The notes: generated from the letters alone by a model not told the origin. 64,000 nt of DNA from Takakia lepidozioides (GCA_030704615.1 CM060733.1:24428001-24492000), one strand, 5' to 3'; positions 1 to 13,763 are shown, counted from the stretch's first letter. Program-made: numbers and translations.

Positions 1-10
1 TTACACTGAC

Positions 11-1753
11 CTGAGGTAAGTCTGCCAGTTGGGCCTCTGCTGAAAGATGGACCAAAGATCAATGACAGGCACACATGCCTCCCCGCTCACCTCTTTGCAT
101 GCCTTGGCATATTGCCCTGTCACTTCATTAGTTCGCCCTGGAGGGTCCTCTGCCTTGACGCCATACGTTTCCCTGTCAAAAGAGTCATGAGATATCAGCT
201 CTCTGCATTTTCTTGTCATGAAATTCACCAGCATGTATGATAAGGCAGACCAAGGAAGACCTGGCATATGTGCGGTACCCAACCTCGTCAATGGGACGGG
301 GTGCAATCAGCACCACAAGTGTTGTTTCTGAAAGGCCCTGCACAGAGGATATGCAGTTGTATGAGAACCTTCCTCCCATACAAGTGAACATGTGACATGG
401 CCACTGTATCCGTTGTACGACACTCTCAATTAGGGCAGAATTCCCATGTACCATCTTGGCCATCACTCAACCCTAGAATAACCACACCATGACAGTTTCC
501 CAGAAAAGGAGTCCGAAGAAGTTCCCAGTTTGCAAGTAAAGGAAATTCAACCGTTGATGCTATCCAGCACCACATTAGGCTAACAAAGTGAATAACAAAC
601 AGTTCACATATCAAAATCTGCCCAAGAAAGTCACATGCAAATGAATGTGAAGGGTGCTCGCAAACTTTCAATCCTGGTCACACTAACATACCCAAAGGAA
701 AGAACTGGAGTGTGCTATCCTCACAGTGCCTCCTCAAAGGCAATTTGCAGCTCAGCCAGTATCAAGGAATTTTCAGCGTCTCATAGCTTCATAAAAGTCA
801 GAAAACAGACCTTGATATGCGAGATGATATGATGGAGATTCGCCTTAAACTCAGCAACGGGTACATGCTGCCGCTGGCAGTCTGCGTCGGGCAGTGCTGC
901 ATCATTTGCACCAAAAAACACCGTTACCAATCCTGGGGCCTCTGATGACTGTTTCCCATCCCAACAAGCCAACAAAGCCTTCAGCAATTGGAAGTGTCAA
1001 TACCATGGGTTATAAGGAGCACTTCTGAGAGAAGGCATCACCATGCACACTGTTTGGTCTGGAAATTTATTATCTCTATAGATCAACCTTCCAGATATCC
1101 AGTGCTCCTCAGCTCCAGAGAAACCTATCAAGACTGAAGCCCCACGAGACAAACACAGAGGAATCCCTTGCCCCATCATGACGGGGAATCCTAGGAAGCA
1201 CCACTACCTTCGGAAATATTTTATCCAGCAAAAAGAGTGCCCATCGCGTGTTGTACCCACTATATCCCCGCAACATCACATCTGCCTGCACTCCAGGACA
1301 CGCTTGCTATCAGAGCCCTCTTCTGAGAAAGAATTTTCAGCATACCTTCCGTTAATCTTTTCCAAGACTGATATCTTTGAGGAAAATTTTGTTGAACATG
1401 TTCCCGGGGCTTTATGAAATGGAAAACCTAGAAATCTAGATCACTAGGCACCCCATGCATCCACAGACAACTTTCAAATTAGAAACGGCAATGCGCCTCA
1501 AGCAACCTCAGTAGATAGCATTACTGACCACTCAAAAATTCGATGTGGTACTCTTAGTGGGTCTGTCCAAAGTTGTGGTTACGAAAACCAAGCAGAGGCC
1601 AGAGTTAGAGAACAAAGTGCCGGATGGAGGAAGCAGGAAAGGGCGGAGAAACAGCTTCCTGGCATAGCGGTCGGTGATGCCAGCTCCCCACCCTCCAGGA
1701 CGAAACGATTGCTGCGTGATGGAATCGCCAAACAGCACGAACTGAGGCCGCAT
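11..1753 (-). pseudogene. SGNH/GDSL esterase (IAH1/At5g62930-like), copy A; last exon lies outside the window; first splice donor mutated
   Basis: Exons 1753-1655 (MRPQFVLFGDSITQQ..YARK), 1285-1208, 948-811 (FFGAND), 337-261 and 172-11 have the same sizes as copy B (99/78/138/77/162 nt). The intron 1 donor reads AAG|CT instead of AAG|GT (position 1654). Confidence 0.8.
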
Positions 1754-2479
1754 TCTGTCGCGAGGCTCGCAGCATGCGACGCTCTCCTTACCAACTGTGC
1801 CGTCAATGCAATTGCTTTTACTCTGTGATCACTACTCCACAACTCTCCCCTTTCTACCCTGCCCGAACAGAATCTTTACCGACAGAGAAGCATCTTTAGC
1901 GTTTCGCTTTTCCAAAGAATGCATACATGTGCACCTCATCGATGCAACTGGCTCCTTCATATATACATTATAACGTCCAGAGCTAGATTGAAGTTGAGAC
2001 AAAAATGCACATTTCAGAATGTTTCACCATATTGAGACGACCATGGCCTCCAGAGGGATTGCAAAAAGAACTGGCACCTGGAGATCCTGATTTGATGAGA
2101 ATTTGTCCATCTCTGTACTTGGTTGGCTGAAGAAGCCTACTTGATATGCCTCATATATGCTACCTAAACCATTTATCTATAAATTATCAAACTATGGGTC
2201 CCTGGAGAATGTGCTCAATGTAAGGGTTTACCGCCAAAGCTCTGAAACCTGCCAGATACATTAGGTCTCAAACACATCGGGACTTTCTTTTTGACAACGA
2301 TACACACAGCAATGCCCCAAGAGAGCAAACGCATGTAGTAATTTTGGGCTTGTTAATGGACGTTTTGAAGATTATCGTAGCAACAAGATAATCGAAGAGA
2401 ATTCCATGTCTCCCCAGACCCGAAACACTTGGTAGCTCTAGTGCGAGCCATCTCAACCAAAACGACAACCGTTTTCCTG

Positions 2480-3420
2480 CATCAGTTTTCTGACCTTTGC
2501 CCCCTGCCTGCTGCAGCATGTATCTTTGATAGCAACAGTACAGCATAAGTTCCGGCCTCCTACTGTGGATCCAACTTAAGGAATTTCGCCAGAAGCTCCG
2601 GGCTAAACCATGAATTCTACAGTGCCCAAGCAACGCCCCAAATTAAGACCGAATTGGCCAATGTTATGACATCTTAATGAAATCCTAGCCGCCCTCATTC
2701 AATCGCCCTGCACGGCCACGAAGCATCCAAAATACTCCACTGTAGCAGTGATGCTCTGATCTTGAGACATTGAATGCATGAAAGTAGTGATGACCTTCAT
2801 TCTCTAAGCCCACATGGCTACATGCAGAGGAAGTGATCGAGGGGTGTTGCCCATCGGCTTGGAGCCTTCCTGAACATTGCATTTGTTCAAATAGTTGCGC
2901 ACCCACGCAGACCATATACGATCATGGCGTTCCATGAGACCACACACCATGTTGTCGAAACTTGACGTGAATCCTTTACACTACCACATGTCAACAAGGG
3001 TACTCCCCAAGCTGATATCTGGCGATTCCAGCCTCAATGATCAAAGCCTCTCGAGAGCCTGTAGCTCTAAGTTGCCCTTTCCCATGCAGGCTGCACCCAG
3101 GCTGGCACATGCATTGAGAACCAACGTATGTGACTCTCTGGTGTGAATTAGTGTGATCATCCCTTCCTATATCAGTTGCATCTCAACAGCCTCCAGAAAC
3201 TACACCCATGCTGATCAGCATGCCTAATTTACCTGTAATGAATGCAATCCGTGAGACCACACGAGGACCACACCTCGTTTACCGTCTGCAACCTCTCCAC
3301 TGTACATAGTATGTATACTGCTCTTCGAAAACACACGGGTTTCCCAGCGTGGCAGAGAAGCCAAAAAAGAGCCGAAAAGGAAACTAGTTGAGGCAAGTGC
3401 ATTTGCCATGACGACAGTTG
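2480..3420 (-). pseudogene. Degraded PLS/E-class PPR gene remnant
   Basis: Fragments in shifting frames: QLFEQM, SACSHVGL..EGHHYF, HYS..V..LRGRAGRL, GALLGHCRIHG, VLNACASLGA. Many stops and frameshifts; boundaries approximate. Confidence 0.7.
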
Positions 3421-4087
3421 AGGGACAAGTCAAGCAGAGACATGCACAGTATGCACCAAACAAGCTCATGTTTGGACAGACAGTTGGAGTGCATTAATTA
3501 GTGCTCCATAATTAGTGTAGCATACTCAGCCCATGCAGCACTTCTTTGCAAAACCCACAAACTGACCCTATACACGGTCACTGACCTACCTTGGTAAGCT
3601 AAGGCACCAGGATGGGCAGCCAAAACTTACTTGCTATATGTTTTGCTACAGGCTGAATTTGCAGTGGGCGGAGTATGAAGTTTCTTTCTTTCTGGATGGG
3701 TTTTGATGGGTGAGATCTCCCTGCCCGGGACTTTTATCAACAGTGTGCACAAAGAGTCACAGGGACACTCCCTGCCCAAAATATCCATTATAAACTTGCT
3801 TGGGTTCATTAAGTTACTAAGATAAGTTGGGAAAACAAACTTGGCCAGCAATCTCAGCACTGTATTGCAGATTTCATTTAACCTCCCATTAACCATGGCT
3901 GGTCCAAACCACAAAATCTAAACACAGATTCATATAAGCAATACATGTAACAGTACTGATCAAATCGACAGTCTTCTTTCGTGTTAAAAAGGTTAATGTG
4001 ATAGAGACTAGTTAGATTTGACATCCCCAACAGCTCATATCAGTGAAAAAATTTAAAATCTAACTAACTGAAAATTAAATGTTACTA

Positions 4088-4350
4088 CCGGTGTTGTGCG
4101 GGTAAATAGATTTGTGCTTATCCTTCTGGTAAGGGTAAATAGAAATCAGAGGATTATTTATCCTCCGGGTAAGGATAAATTATTTATATGTCCCTTTATT
4201 TATCCTCCGGGTAAGGGTAAATTATTTATATGTCCATTTACTTATCCTACCAGTAAAGGGTAAAGGCCAATACTTTTGACCTGGTAAGGATAAATACCGG
4301 GTAAAGATAAATGATTTACCCTTTATATACCCACCGGGTAAATAAAGGAT
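4088..4350. repeat. Cluster of short GGGTAAGGRTAAAT / ATTTATCCT inverted and direct repeats, resembling DNA-transposon subterminal repeats
   Basis: Repeated hairpin-forming unit ATTTATCCT-CCGGGTA-AGGATAAAT. The cluster begins with CGGTGTTG, similar to hAT-type ends. Confidence 0.5.
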
Positions 4351-5290
4351 ATATAAAAAGATATATAAATTTTTGGTTTGTTATGCTCAACTCAAAAAAT
4401 ATAACTAATTAAATTAAGGCAATCAATTTTTGTTCTATTTTTTTGGTATTATATGTTGTATAATATGAGGGACAATCGTGAGAGTGTTTCTTCACACCAA
4501 AGATAATAATCAAACAAAGCTAAATAAGACCATTTTCCCAAGGGCATAAAGCCATTTTGGTTTATTGTAGGGAAAAAACTAAACCCTATAATACCATAGG
4601 TAAGAGACACATCCATTGGATGAGGAACGAGCCCAGTCCGATTACTAGAGAGACGGCTATATGGAATAGCAAGAGCCTAGAATTAACTAGAATAACCCGA
4701 GATCGCCCGGAAAGGGCAGACGGCGACCGTTATGGTCGAAGCCCATACCCTTCAATGATGATAAATTATGAATGCTGGAAATCGTATGCATGCAGAGCGA
4801 AAATGACCCTTGTATGCAACCGTCGGCCTACCCCCATGCCCCCGCTTGCGAGAAGCCAAAACAGTCAGAGAGGCGGTTGGATTACTTGATGGAGCTCTTT
4901 CCCGGCGATGCTTTCCTGGGGCCGCTGCCGGGCTCGCATGTGAGCTTTAAACTCCCAATTATTCAACAATGAGAAATGTCCCCCCCCCCCTTCTCTAAAA
5001 CATTTTTAAGAAAAATACATGCCTAATGTTTGGAAATTACCTAGGTGAGGTGCCTAAATAATAAAAGCGACTCTACTTAATAATATTCTATTTTTATTAA
5101 TTATTAGGCGCGGAAGTGCCTAATAAGCTAGGTCAGTACTTGGGAAACTTATGCCCATGTTCTGGGCACATAAAATAGGTCTCGAAAAAGTGTCTAGTAT
5201 GAGATAACATGTCTCGGATTACTGAAGGGCTTAGGACTTGGCGCTGTGCCAAACAAAGCTGTAATTTGTGAACTAGCTCAAGTCTTTCTG

Positions 5291-6433
5291 CTAGCAGCTG
5301 ATCATAGCACTAGATTCTAGAGCTAGATAAAACTTCTCCAGATCGAAAGTACCATCATCAGTAGTAGAGGCCACGTAATTTTCCGAACCTGGTATATCTC
5401 CAAGAAACTGCTCAAAAGCAGGGTCGACTATGCAGGTACCCTGATCCCTTACTCCGTCAACTGCAGTTGATTTTGATAATCCCAACTTCAAGCTCGTGTC
5501 AAAGATGGAAAGTGGATTTACAGGCTCTTGATGATCCCCGACACTACTGACTTCAAGTCCTAAACAGACTCCCTCCGTTGCACCATCATGATCATGTAAC
5601 GAAGAGTCCGAGGTTCGTGGAATTGTGACTTCAGGATGATCCTGATGCTGCATGGGCGCACAAACATTGAAAACTGAGGTAGATTCTCCTGAGCTAGTGT
5701 GATCTATCACTGCGGGCGTCTGATCCATCAACTGCATCACGACTCTGCCGCTGCTGTACATGTTATAACCCCAATCGTCATCTTCTACATATGGAGCTGA
5801 CGTGTAATTTTGATTATTGCCAACCTGCAACTTATCCAACAGTAGTGTGTCATCTTTCCGTCCTGGGAAACCTTGGAGATCATTGGAGGCTTGGCCATAA
5901 TATTGTCGGATGTGGCCAAGCAACCTCTCACTTTCATGCCCTGGGCAACCTTGCAGATTTAACTTGGCTTGGCCATATAGATTTCTCACGTCTTGGTGGT
6001 GGGGGTATTGAAATAAGTCATTGCCAGGGTTGAGCTTCATAGCTACTAAGCCATCTTTCATACATCCCTCAATATCCTGGGTCGATAGCAGGTTTGGCTC
6101 AATATGCCCAGGCGCACCTACACCTGATATTATATTGTCCTGCCAAACGGAGCATCCTGGCATATTGATGCCTCCATGCATCGTGTGCACATGCCCCACC
6201 AGCGCACTTGATGTATGAGATTGAGGAGACTGAATTGACTCTGCTTTCAACTTCATCTTGTATACACGACCATACGGTTGAAAGTGTCTTTTACACCCCT
6301 TGCAGAAGTAACGTGGCTGTTCGAGTCTCTTGTTGTTGAAATAAGAAAACTTAGTATTAGAGGGCTCCAAGCAGCCTTCTCGCGGGCAATTAATATGAGG
6401 CTGAGTTTCCGACGTACTACTGAGACTAGCCAT
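5291..6433 (-). CDS. Atypical Dof zinc-finger transcription factor-like protein (380 aa, single exon)
   Basis: N-terminal CPREGCLEPSNTKFSYFNNKRLEQPRYFCKGCKRHF matches the Dof consensus CPRC-x-S-x-TKFCYxNNY-xx-QPRxFCKxCxRYW. The ORF is uninterrupted. Confidence 0.8.
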   Translation of the reverse strand: MASLSSTSETQPHINCPREGCLEPSNTKFSYFNNKRLEQPRYFCKGCKRHFQPYGRVYKMKLKAESIQSPQSHTSSALVGHVHTMHGGINMPGCSVWQDNIISGVGAPGHIEPNLLSTQDIEGCMKDGLVAMKLNPGNDLFQYPHHQDVRNLYGQAKLNLQGCPGHESERLLGHIRQYYGQASNDLQGFPGRKDDTLLLDKLQVGNNQNYTSAPYVEDDDWGYNMYSSGRVVMQLMDQTPAVIDHTSSGESTSVFNVCAPMQHQDHPEVTIPRTSDSSLHDHDGATEGVCLGLEVSSVGDHQEPVNPLSIFDTSLKLGLSKSTAVDGVRDQGTCIVDPAFEQFLGDIPGSENYVASTTDDGTFDLEKFYLALESSAMISC

Positions 6434-8979
6434 CGCACCTCAAGAACGTCCTTCGAATTCCAACAACTGTAACTACTCCCACGTAATGGAACCCTCCCAC
6501 TCACGAATTTTGCCACTGACTTTCAAGAGAGAGTTGGGAAGGAGAGGCTTGTCAAAGTTGATTAGACAGAGAAACTCAAATGTGATGGAGAAGAACTCTT
6601 CTGCATGCCTTTAAATATGCACACGTACTTGCCAAATTTAGTTTTGAACACTTTTGATCATGAAACAACTTTTGCCCAAAATATAAAAAAGAACGTTTGA
6701 ACATATCCCCCGACATTTTTCGTAGCTCGACTCTAGAATCCTCCAGCGGTGAAATTTGACCCAAGTTAGGAGCGCTCGGAGCTCCCGGTCAGTTGTTTTG
6801 GAGCCTTACACCCTGAACCCTGTACAGGCTTGAATTTGGACATGGGATCGCATGGGCTTTGTGCACATCGATCCTAGATTGATACATACCAATATCTTCC
6901 AGGGTTCCTGTCTATATACATTCTAATCAGCTTCTCAGTGGACTTTGTCAGAAATACAACCTGGCAGCAAGTTCAAAAGCTTCAGATCATGATCTAGCTT
7001 CCACACACACTGGCGTCTTGGCGTAAGGGTTAGCTGGGGGTTGCCGCTGAATCAATTGGTAACCCAGATCTGGAGAAGAAGTTTGCAGCTGGCAGATAAA
7101 ACATACTGCGCGGCATCATCTTCGCTTACAAGCTGGTTTCTCTCTTACCTTTAGGCCATCATCTCTTCTTCAATACTGGATCCAATTAGAAGCTTGCGAA
7201 ATTCCTGAAGTAGGACTGTACAGTAAAACAAGTTGATGTGGTGGTTGCAGCCATGGCCGCGTTGTCATCTACATCCTGTCTACATCAGATTGAACTGGCC
7301 CGGTGAGCTTAGCCGGTGACCAATTTTCTTACATGATCTGTGTATTCAAGTGCTTGCCCGAGCTTTCTCGCTAGACACCGCAGATTCCAATTGATCAGAT
7401 TCAGTGTCTTGCTACTCCTGCAAGTGCGTGTGACATTTGCTGCTGCATCTGCAACTCTGCTTAAATTGTGCATCAATTTCAGTCGGGATCTAGGTCTTGA
7501 AAGAGTTTGTTGAGCCTACAGTACCATCCTCCCCTTTGATGATGGCATGATTTGGTGGTGACCAGCGTCAATAGGACTCAAGGTGGCAGTTCACAACTTC
7601 CTTAAATTGTATGATAACTTTTATGGCCCTGCAGATCCAACATGAAGTGTGTTGACCAACTGTAACTGTTTTTCTGTGAAGAACTTACCATGCGAGGATA
7701 ATTCGCGCGTTCAAACTCTTCCTTACTTATGATACCTGTTGGCCAGTCGAACTGTTGTCATGACCCAGGGATCCACACAAACCCAGAGTCCCATTTATTT
7801 CAATAGTCTAACTGCGATGGACCCAATACGTCCTACAGATAAAGACTGTGTGTCAACATGAATGGGAAGACTTAGCAAATATCTTGAGCACGCCGTTGAA
7901 GATCTTTTTTCACTTCGAATTAGCGCTGTAAACCAACAGCCATCTCTCGTTCCACCCATAATGAAGTTGCTAGATCCTCACCATGCGCAGGTCATACAAA
8001 GTACAGTGGTTAAGACTCATGATACAAGGGAGTGACCCAACAGGATTAACAGGAACATGATGTGTGAAAACTTTCCAACTTTTCAACACGATTTTGTCTG
8101 CCGAAATTTGTAAATCATAGAAAGAGCTGATCCCTCGTGCCCACCCATAGAGTAGAGGGCATGGAATGTTTGCAGGTGCCCTTTCCTAAAGCGGCTTTTG
8201 TACTCTTGACAAGCACTCATCATATATTTCCGCAGCCAAGTTAGCCCTACATGTTTAAATAGAACTTGATTTCAAGTAGCAAGATAATCTAATAGGCATC
8301 AGTCCAGTGTGGGAATGTAAACACTTGAGCAGGTGGCGATGGCTGGCGTTCCTAGTAGCGAAAAAACGGATTGTCAATCCTCGTCCCTGCACAACCGAAC
8401 TTGACCGTTCTGCAGTGGTGGCCAGTGATCGACATACGCCACAGCTCACGGTGAGGCTTGACTCAAACGAGACTCAAACCCAACATACGTCGACAAGCGC
8501 AAGACCATGGAGCCATTATTGTTCAGAGCATTCGACCTTTGCTTGCGCACTTTGTGCCTTATCATCTCTCTCTTTCCTAAACGCATAACAGTCCTGGATT
8601 CTAGCTCTCCAGATCTGCTGACTACAAAGATGCTATATTCGATTTCGACAGTGAGTTCTGTTGCGGGCAGAATTGAAGGCATATGATACACTGTCTGTTC
8701 AGCACATAAGAAGATATTAGTAGTAGTTACAAAATGCCAGTCCTGAAGAACATGCAATAACATCAATGAAAGAGGAAGAAGACCTGCTGAAGGCAGGCAT
8801 TAATTCATGACTTCGGAAGGACTACTGCCTGAATCCGTTTTGTCCTGGGGAATCAAAATGAAAATCAATGAACATAAGAATACTGAACTGAAAATGACCA
8901 GATTCTAAACTATTTTCGTGTACAGCTTCAATATTGAGCTTGATAGTCTGGTAGTAGAAAGAACAAGTCATACAGCAGC

Positions 8980-11900
8980 TTACTCTACTGAATCAAGCTT
9001 GTTTGCAATCTTGTTTACGCTAACTTGGCTGGCGTCATATATATCTAGCAGATTTGTAAAAGAAAATTCAAAGCTTAAGTTTTTCTTAGGTCTCCAGCAG
9101 CTTAGCGGTTGATGATGATGTGGCGATGATGATGTGGCGATTCAGTTTACTTTTTTGTTTTCCCACGCAGCTTAAGAAAAGTATGACGATGATGATATGG
9201 CATGACGATGACGTCGTGGCTGACGATGATGATGATGCACCCTATTCCTACTCTACACTATTGGATTTTCTCTTATGATGTGGCAATTCAGTTTATTTTT
9301 TTGTTTTCCCACGCAGCTTAAAAAAATTATGACGATGATGATGTGGCATGATGTTGACGTCGTTGCTGACGATGATGATGTGGCGTGACAATGACGTCGT
9401 TGCTAACGATGATGATGTGGCATGACGATGACGTCGTGGCTGACGATGATGATGATGCACCCTATTCCTACTCTACACTATTGGATTTTCTCTTATGATG
9501 TGGCAATTCAGTTTATTTTTTTGTTTTCCCACGCAGCTTAAAAAAATTATGACGATGATGATGTGGCATGATGTTGACGTCGTTGCTGACGATGATGATG
9601 TGGCGTGACAATGACGTCATTGCTAACGATGATGATGTGGCATGACGATGACGTCGTGGCTGACGATGATGATGATGCACCCTATTCCTACTCTACACTA
9701 TTGGATTTTCTCTTATGATGTGGCAATTCAGTTTATTTTTTTGTTTTCCCACGCAGCTTAAAAAAATTATGACGATGATGATGTGGCATGATGTTGACGT
9801 CGTTGCTGACGATGATGATGTGGCGTGACAATGACGTCATTGCTAACGATGATGATGTGGCATGACGATGACGTCGTGGCTGACGATGATGATGATGCAC
9901 CCTATTCCTACTCTACACTATTGGATTTTCTCTTATGATGTGGCAATTCAGTTTATTTTTTTGTTTTCCCACGCAGCTTAAAAAAATCATGACGATGATG
10001 ACGTGGCATGATGTTGACGTCGTTGCTGACGATGATGATGTGGCGTGACAATGACGTCGTTGCTGACGATGATGATGTGGCATGACGATGACGTCGTGGC
10101 TGACGATGATGATGTGGCACCCTATTCCTACTCTACACTTTTTGAATTTTCTCTTAGGTCTCAAGCAGTTTAGCGGTTGGTGATGATGTGGCGATGATGA
10201 TGTGGCAATTCAATTAATTTTTTTGTTTTCCCACGCAGCTTAAAAACATTATGACGATGATGATGTGGCATGATGTTGACGTCGTTGCTGACGATGATGA
10301 TGTGGCGTGACAATGACGTCGTTGCTGACGATGATGATGTGGCATGACGATGACGTCGTGGCTGACGATGATGATGTGGCACCTATTCCTACTCTACACT
10401 TTTTGAATTTTCTCTTAGGTCTCAAGCAGCTTAGCGGTTGGTGATGATGTGGCGATGATGATGTGGCAATTCAGTTTTTTTTTTTGTTTTCCCACGCAGC
10501 TTAAAAACATTATGACGATGATGATGTGGCATGCCGATTATGTCGTTGCTGACGATGATGATGTGGCATGACGATGACGTCGTGGCTGACGACGATGATG
10601 TGGCACCCTATTCCTACTTGCTTGTAAATTTGTTTGTGTGTCCGAAGTCGATTGCAGTGTTCACATCCATCAATGCCACCTCCAAGTCTCCCAAGCACCA
10701 CTTGGCTGATGCCCGCCAGTATAACGTAGATGGATGAGTAAGGATGATTGGGTTGTAGCTGGATAGCCTTTTCCAAGTACTTCAGATGCTCATGCAATAT
10801 GAGCATGACCCATCCCTGCATTGCCAACGAAGGATAATTTTGGTTGGCCCTGCGCAAGCACTCAAGAGCTTCTTCAAAGTCACCCGAATCCCTTCCCTGA
10901 CACAGCAGCGGATTATCCTGAAATTCCTCGTTTGTACCCGATTTTTCATTTGCCAGCGATAGCTCACCAATCTCTTGCGAGTGGAATGATTGCTCCATCT
11001 GACGACGTATTTTCGTCTCCATCTCAAGACACTTTTGAGTGTAGATAGCATTACTGGGCATCAACTTCTCCAGTGTATCGAGAATCTGTCTTGCATCATG
11101 GAACTCGTTTCCATCGCACAGTTGCTCACATCTCCCAATTATTATGTCACTAATGTAGGCACGACATTTCTCGGAGAGATTTTCAAAATCTACCAAGTTC
11201 GTACATCCACCGACATCCAAAGTTGTGCGCAACCGTTGCAATTGCTCAAAAGATTGTGGCAAACTGACAAGTAGTGGCAATTCTGAGATGTCCAATGTCG
11301 TCAGACTTTCTAGCTGCCCGATGGATTTAGGCAACTCTCTCAATTTCACACACGATGATAGATCAAGTCGTTTCAGCCGTCTGAGTTGACACAATATTGA
11401 CGGTGGCAAATGCTTCAACTTCCTACAGATGAGCACCTCCAGCCCCACCAACCTTGCAATGTTGGAGCACGACGATTCCTCCAATTTGAATTTGTAGCAC
11501 AAATTCATAATGAGCTCCTTCAACTTTGTCAAATCTCCAATAGAGTCAGGTAATCGTTTTAGATTTGTACACCGTGAGAGTTAGCTGCCCAATGGAGTCG
11601 GGCAATTCTGTCAAAGAAGAACAACCACAAGCATCCAAAATGCGCAAATGTGTCAAGTCACCAATGGCACTCGGCAGCCGCTCCAAATCTATACAATACT
11701 TACCGCAATATGAGAATGCGTAAATGTGGTAGGCGGTTTTTGGAAGCAACACTAGCGTTGGGCAACATTTGTCCATCCCCCCCTTGCTTCTGCTCCATGT
11801 AATATCGCACACACATTATTAGATAAATGAATAGATAGACCCTCTAGAGCCCAAATAGTGTTCTATCCACCATGTATTAGGTTACATGTACCATAAGGTA

Positions 11901-12980
11901 ATATCACATAGCGGGGAGTCATGATTCTGGCTACAAACTGCCAACAAATCTTACCTTCACATTTCTTGCTTCCGTCCAAACATGTTTCAAGCTGCTACCA
12001 GTCACATCCAGTTCTGCCAACTTTTGCAATTGTAAGAGATCCCTACTTAAGCTCTTCCTGCATGTACAGCACCCGCAGCCATGTTAGGTCCTTTGGACAT
12101 GCACCAGCGTCTCCAATGTAGGGCAAACACCAAGGAAATAAAAGAATCCGCAATCCTTTCCTCGAACTGAAGTCGAGGTCGAAGCTGAGGCTGAACTCGA
12201 GGTGAGAGATGCTAGCCCCCATAAGGGATAGCCCTTCTACTTTCCGAGGTACCTACACACATGAACGCAATATAACCAACCCTTAGAACAAATATTTTCC
12301 AGAAGTAAAAGTTTTATATTTCTTTTACCTCCACTCACCAACGTCTCTTCCGAAATATTGGAAGAGATTTGGACGTCTGTTCACACTTGTCATAGAGTAA
12401 TTTTTGTTATAAGACGTTCCATTACCTTCCCCTTTCGTACAGCGTTCAAAGACCATGGCATCCACAATCGACTGCGTTTTGCCGCTACCTCCTTGTTCAC
12501 AATACTTCTTCCCATATCTCGAAGCATATCATGCATGCTGAAACAAATTGTACGATCAAATTCCACTATACCCAAGTGGTGGTTATTTCTCAGATCCTCC
12601 ATTACCAACTTCACCATACCCTTGTCCAAAAGATTCCGTATCCCGCCCTCTCCATGAGACCACCCAAAAGCTTTCCAAGCTTCCTTAGAAAGTTCACTAT
12701 CTTCCCCAATGAGGAGACAAGCAACGTCCAAGAACATCTCTTTGTCATCAAGTCGCAAAGCATCGAAGGTGATCCGCAATTGATTGAAAATCTTCTCGTT
12801 GGGATCGTCACCTTCAACCGCATTTATTTTTAGATTTTTCAGCACTTCTTCCCACATGTTCTCATCACTTTTTAGATGTGAGTCAATAACCTCTAACGTC
12901 AATGGATGCCCACCACAGGAGTAACACCTAAGTGTGTGTGACCTTGAATGAAGCCCTATTTTTGTACATAAAAGTGACAA
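8980..12980 (-). pseudogene. NB-ARC-LRR gene with TPR-like C-terminus; 5'-truncated, frameshifted and interrupted
   Basis: GHPLTL (GLPL), MFLDVAC (RNBS-D), MHDMLRDMGRSIV (MHD), intron 12425-12253, LxxLDLSxCxxLxELPxSIGxL LRRs, then TPR-like LYWRASAKWCLGDLEVALMDVNTAI. No P-loop found upstream. Confidence 0.85.
9061..10621. repeat. Tandem-repeat insertion (about 7 units, mostly 220 bp) built from GATGATGATGTGGC subrepeats, with a putative 7-bp TSD
   Basis: CCTATTCCTA recurs at 9241, 9461, 9681, 9901, 10121, 10382 and 10607. TTGTAAA flanks both ends (9054-9060 and 10622-10628). Confidence 0.85.
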
Positions 12981-13763
12981 CTGATGCCCTTGACTGGATC
13001 AACAGATTTCATTGGTTTGTTTAAGAACCACCAATGGCCATAATTGCCTACAAATATGGTAGTTTGGTGACCCAGTATCAACGCATTCATGTACTTACTG
13101 TATTTATAATTGCATGGTTATCACTAAAGCTGGGAGATTACACTAAGCACAATTTGCACATAATCAATCACCTACCAAACAATCCCACCACAGATGGGGC
13201 ATATTTTGTTTTCAATACTGGACGACGGCTAGTTCATTTAAACAAAGTGGCTGCGCAGTTATGGGACAGATTTTGGTTTCAATACTGGACGTTCATGTCT
13301 TTTGTGAATCTCTTTTGTCAAAGTGGATTTGAGAATGTCTTTGGTGAGAGTTGATTTGGAGTGGTTAGTTTTGAGGCCCGCCGTTGCACACATTGGCAAA
13401 TCTCTTTGGCCAGACTTGATTTCCATGGTGGTCAGTTGTAAGACCATCAATGGTTTGACTTTTGATGCATTGAATACCACCATAGAATGGTTGCCAAGTC
13501 ATGGGCAAGTGCTCACGAAGTTATGAATGGCTGAAGGAGGGGGTGGTTCCTCCCCCGTCAGAACCACACGTGCAAGTTTCCCCGCACGCTTTAAGATGCA
13601 CCACTTGTGCATGTGAGGCAGTTGCATTGCAGGCTTTGCATTACATATAGTGGGCCTCCTTGGCTCCGCAGTGGACCCGCTTGGAGCGTAAAAGCACGGC
13701 CTAAATTGTATTCACGGCACAGTGGGTAAGGAGAGCGTTGCGTGCTGCGAGCATCGCGACAGA

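Noticed and set aside
6800-8900. Coding-like composition and some splice-like sites on the - strand
   Set aside because: No sustained ORF or recognisable domain; it may be a decayed gene but I cannot support a call.
9913-10382. His/Arg-rich short ORFs
   Set aside because: They are translation by-products of the GATGATGTGGC repeat.
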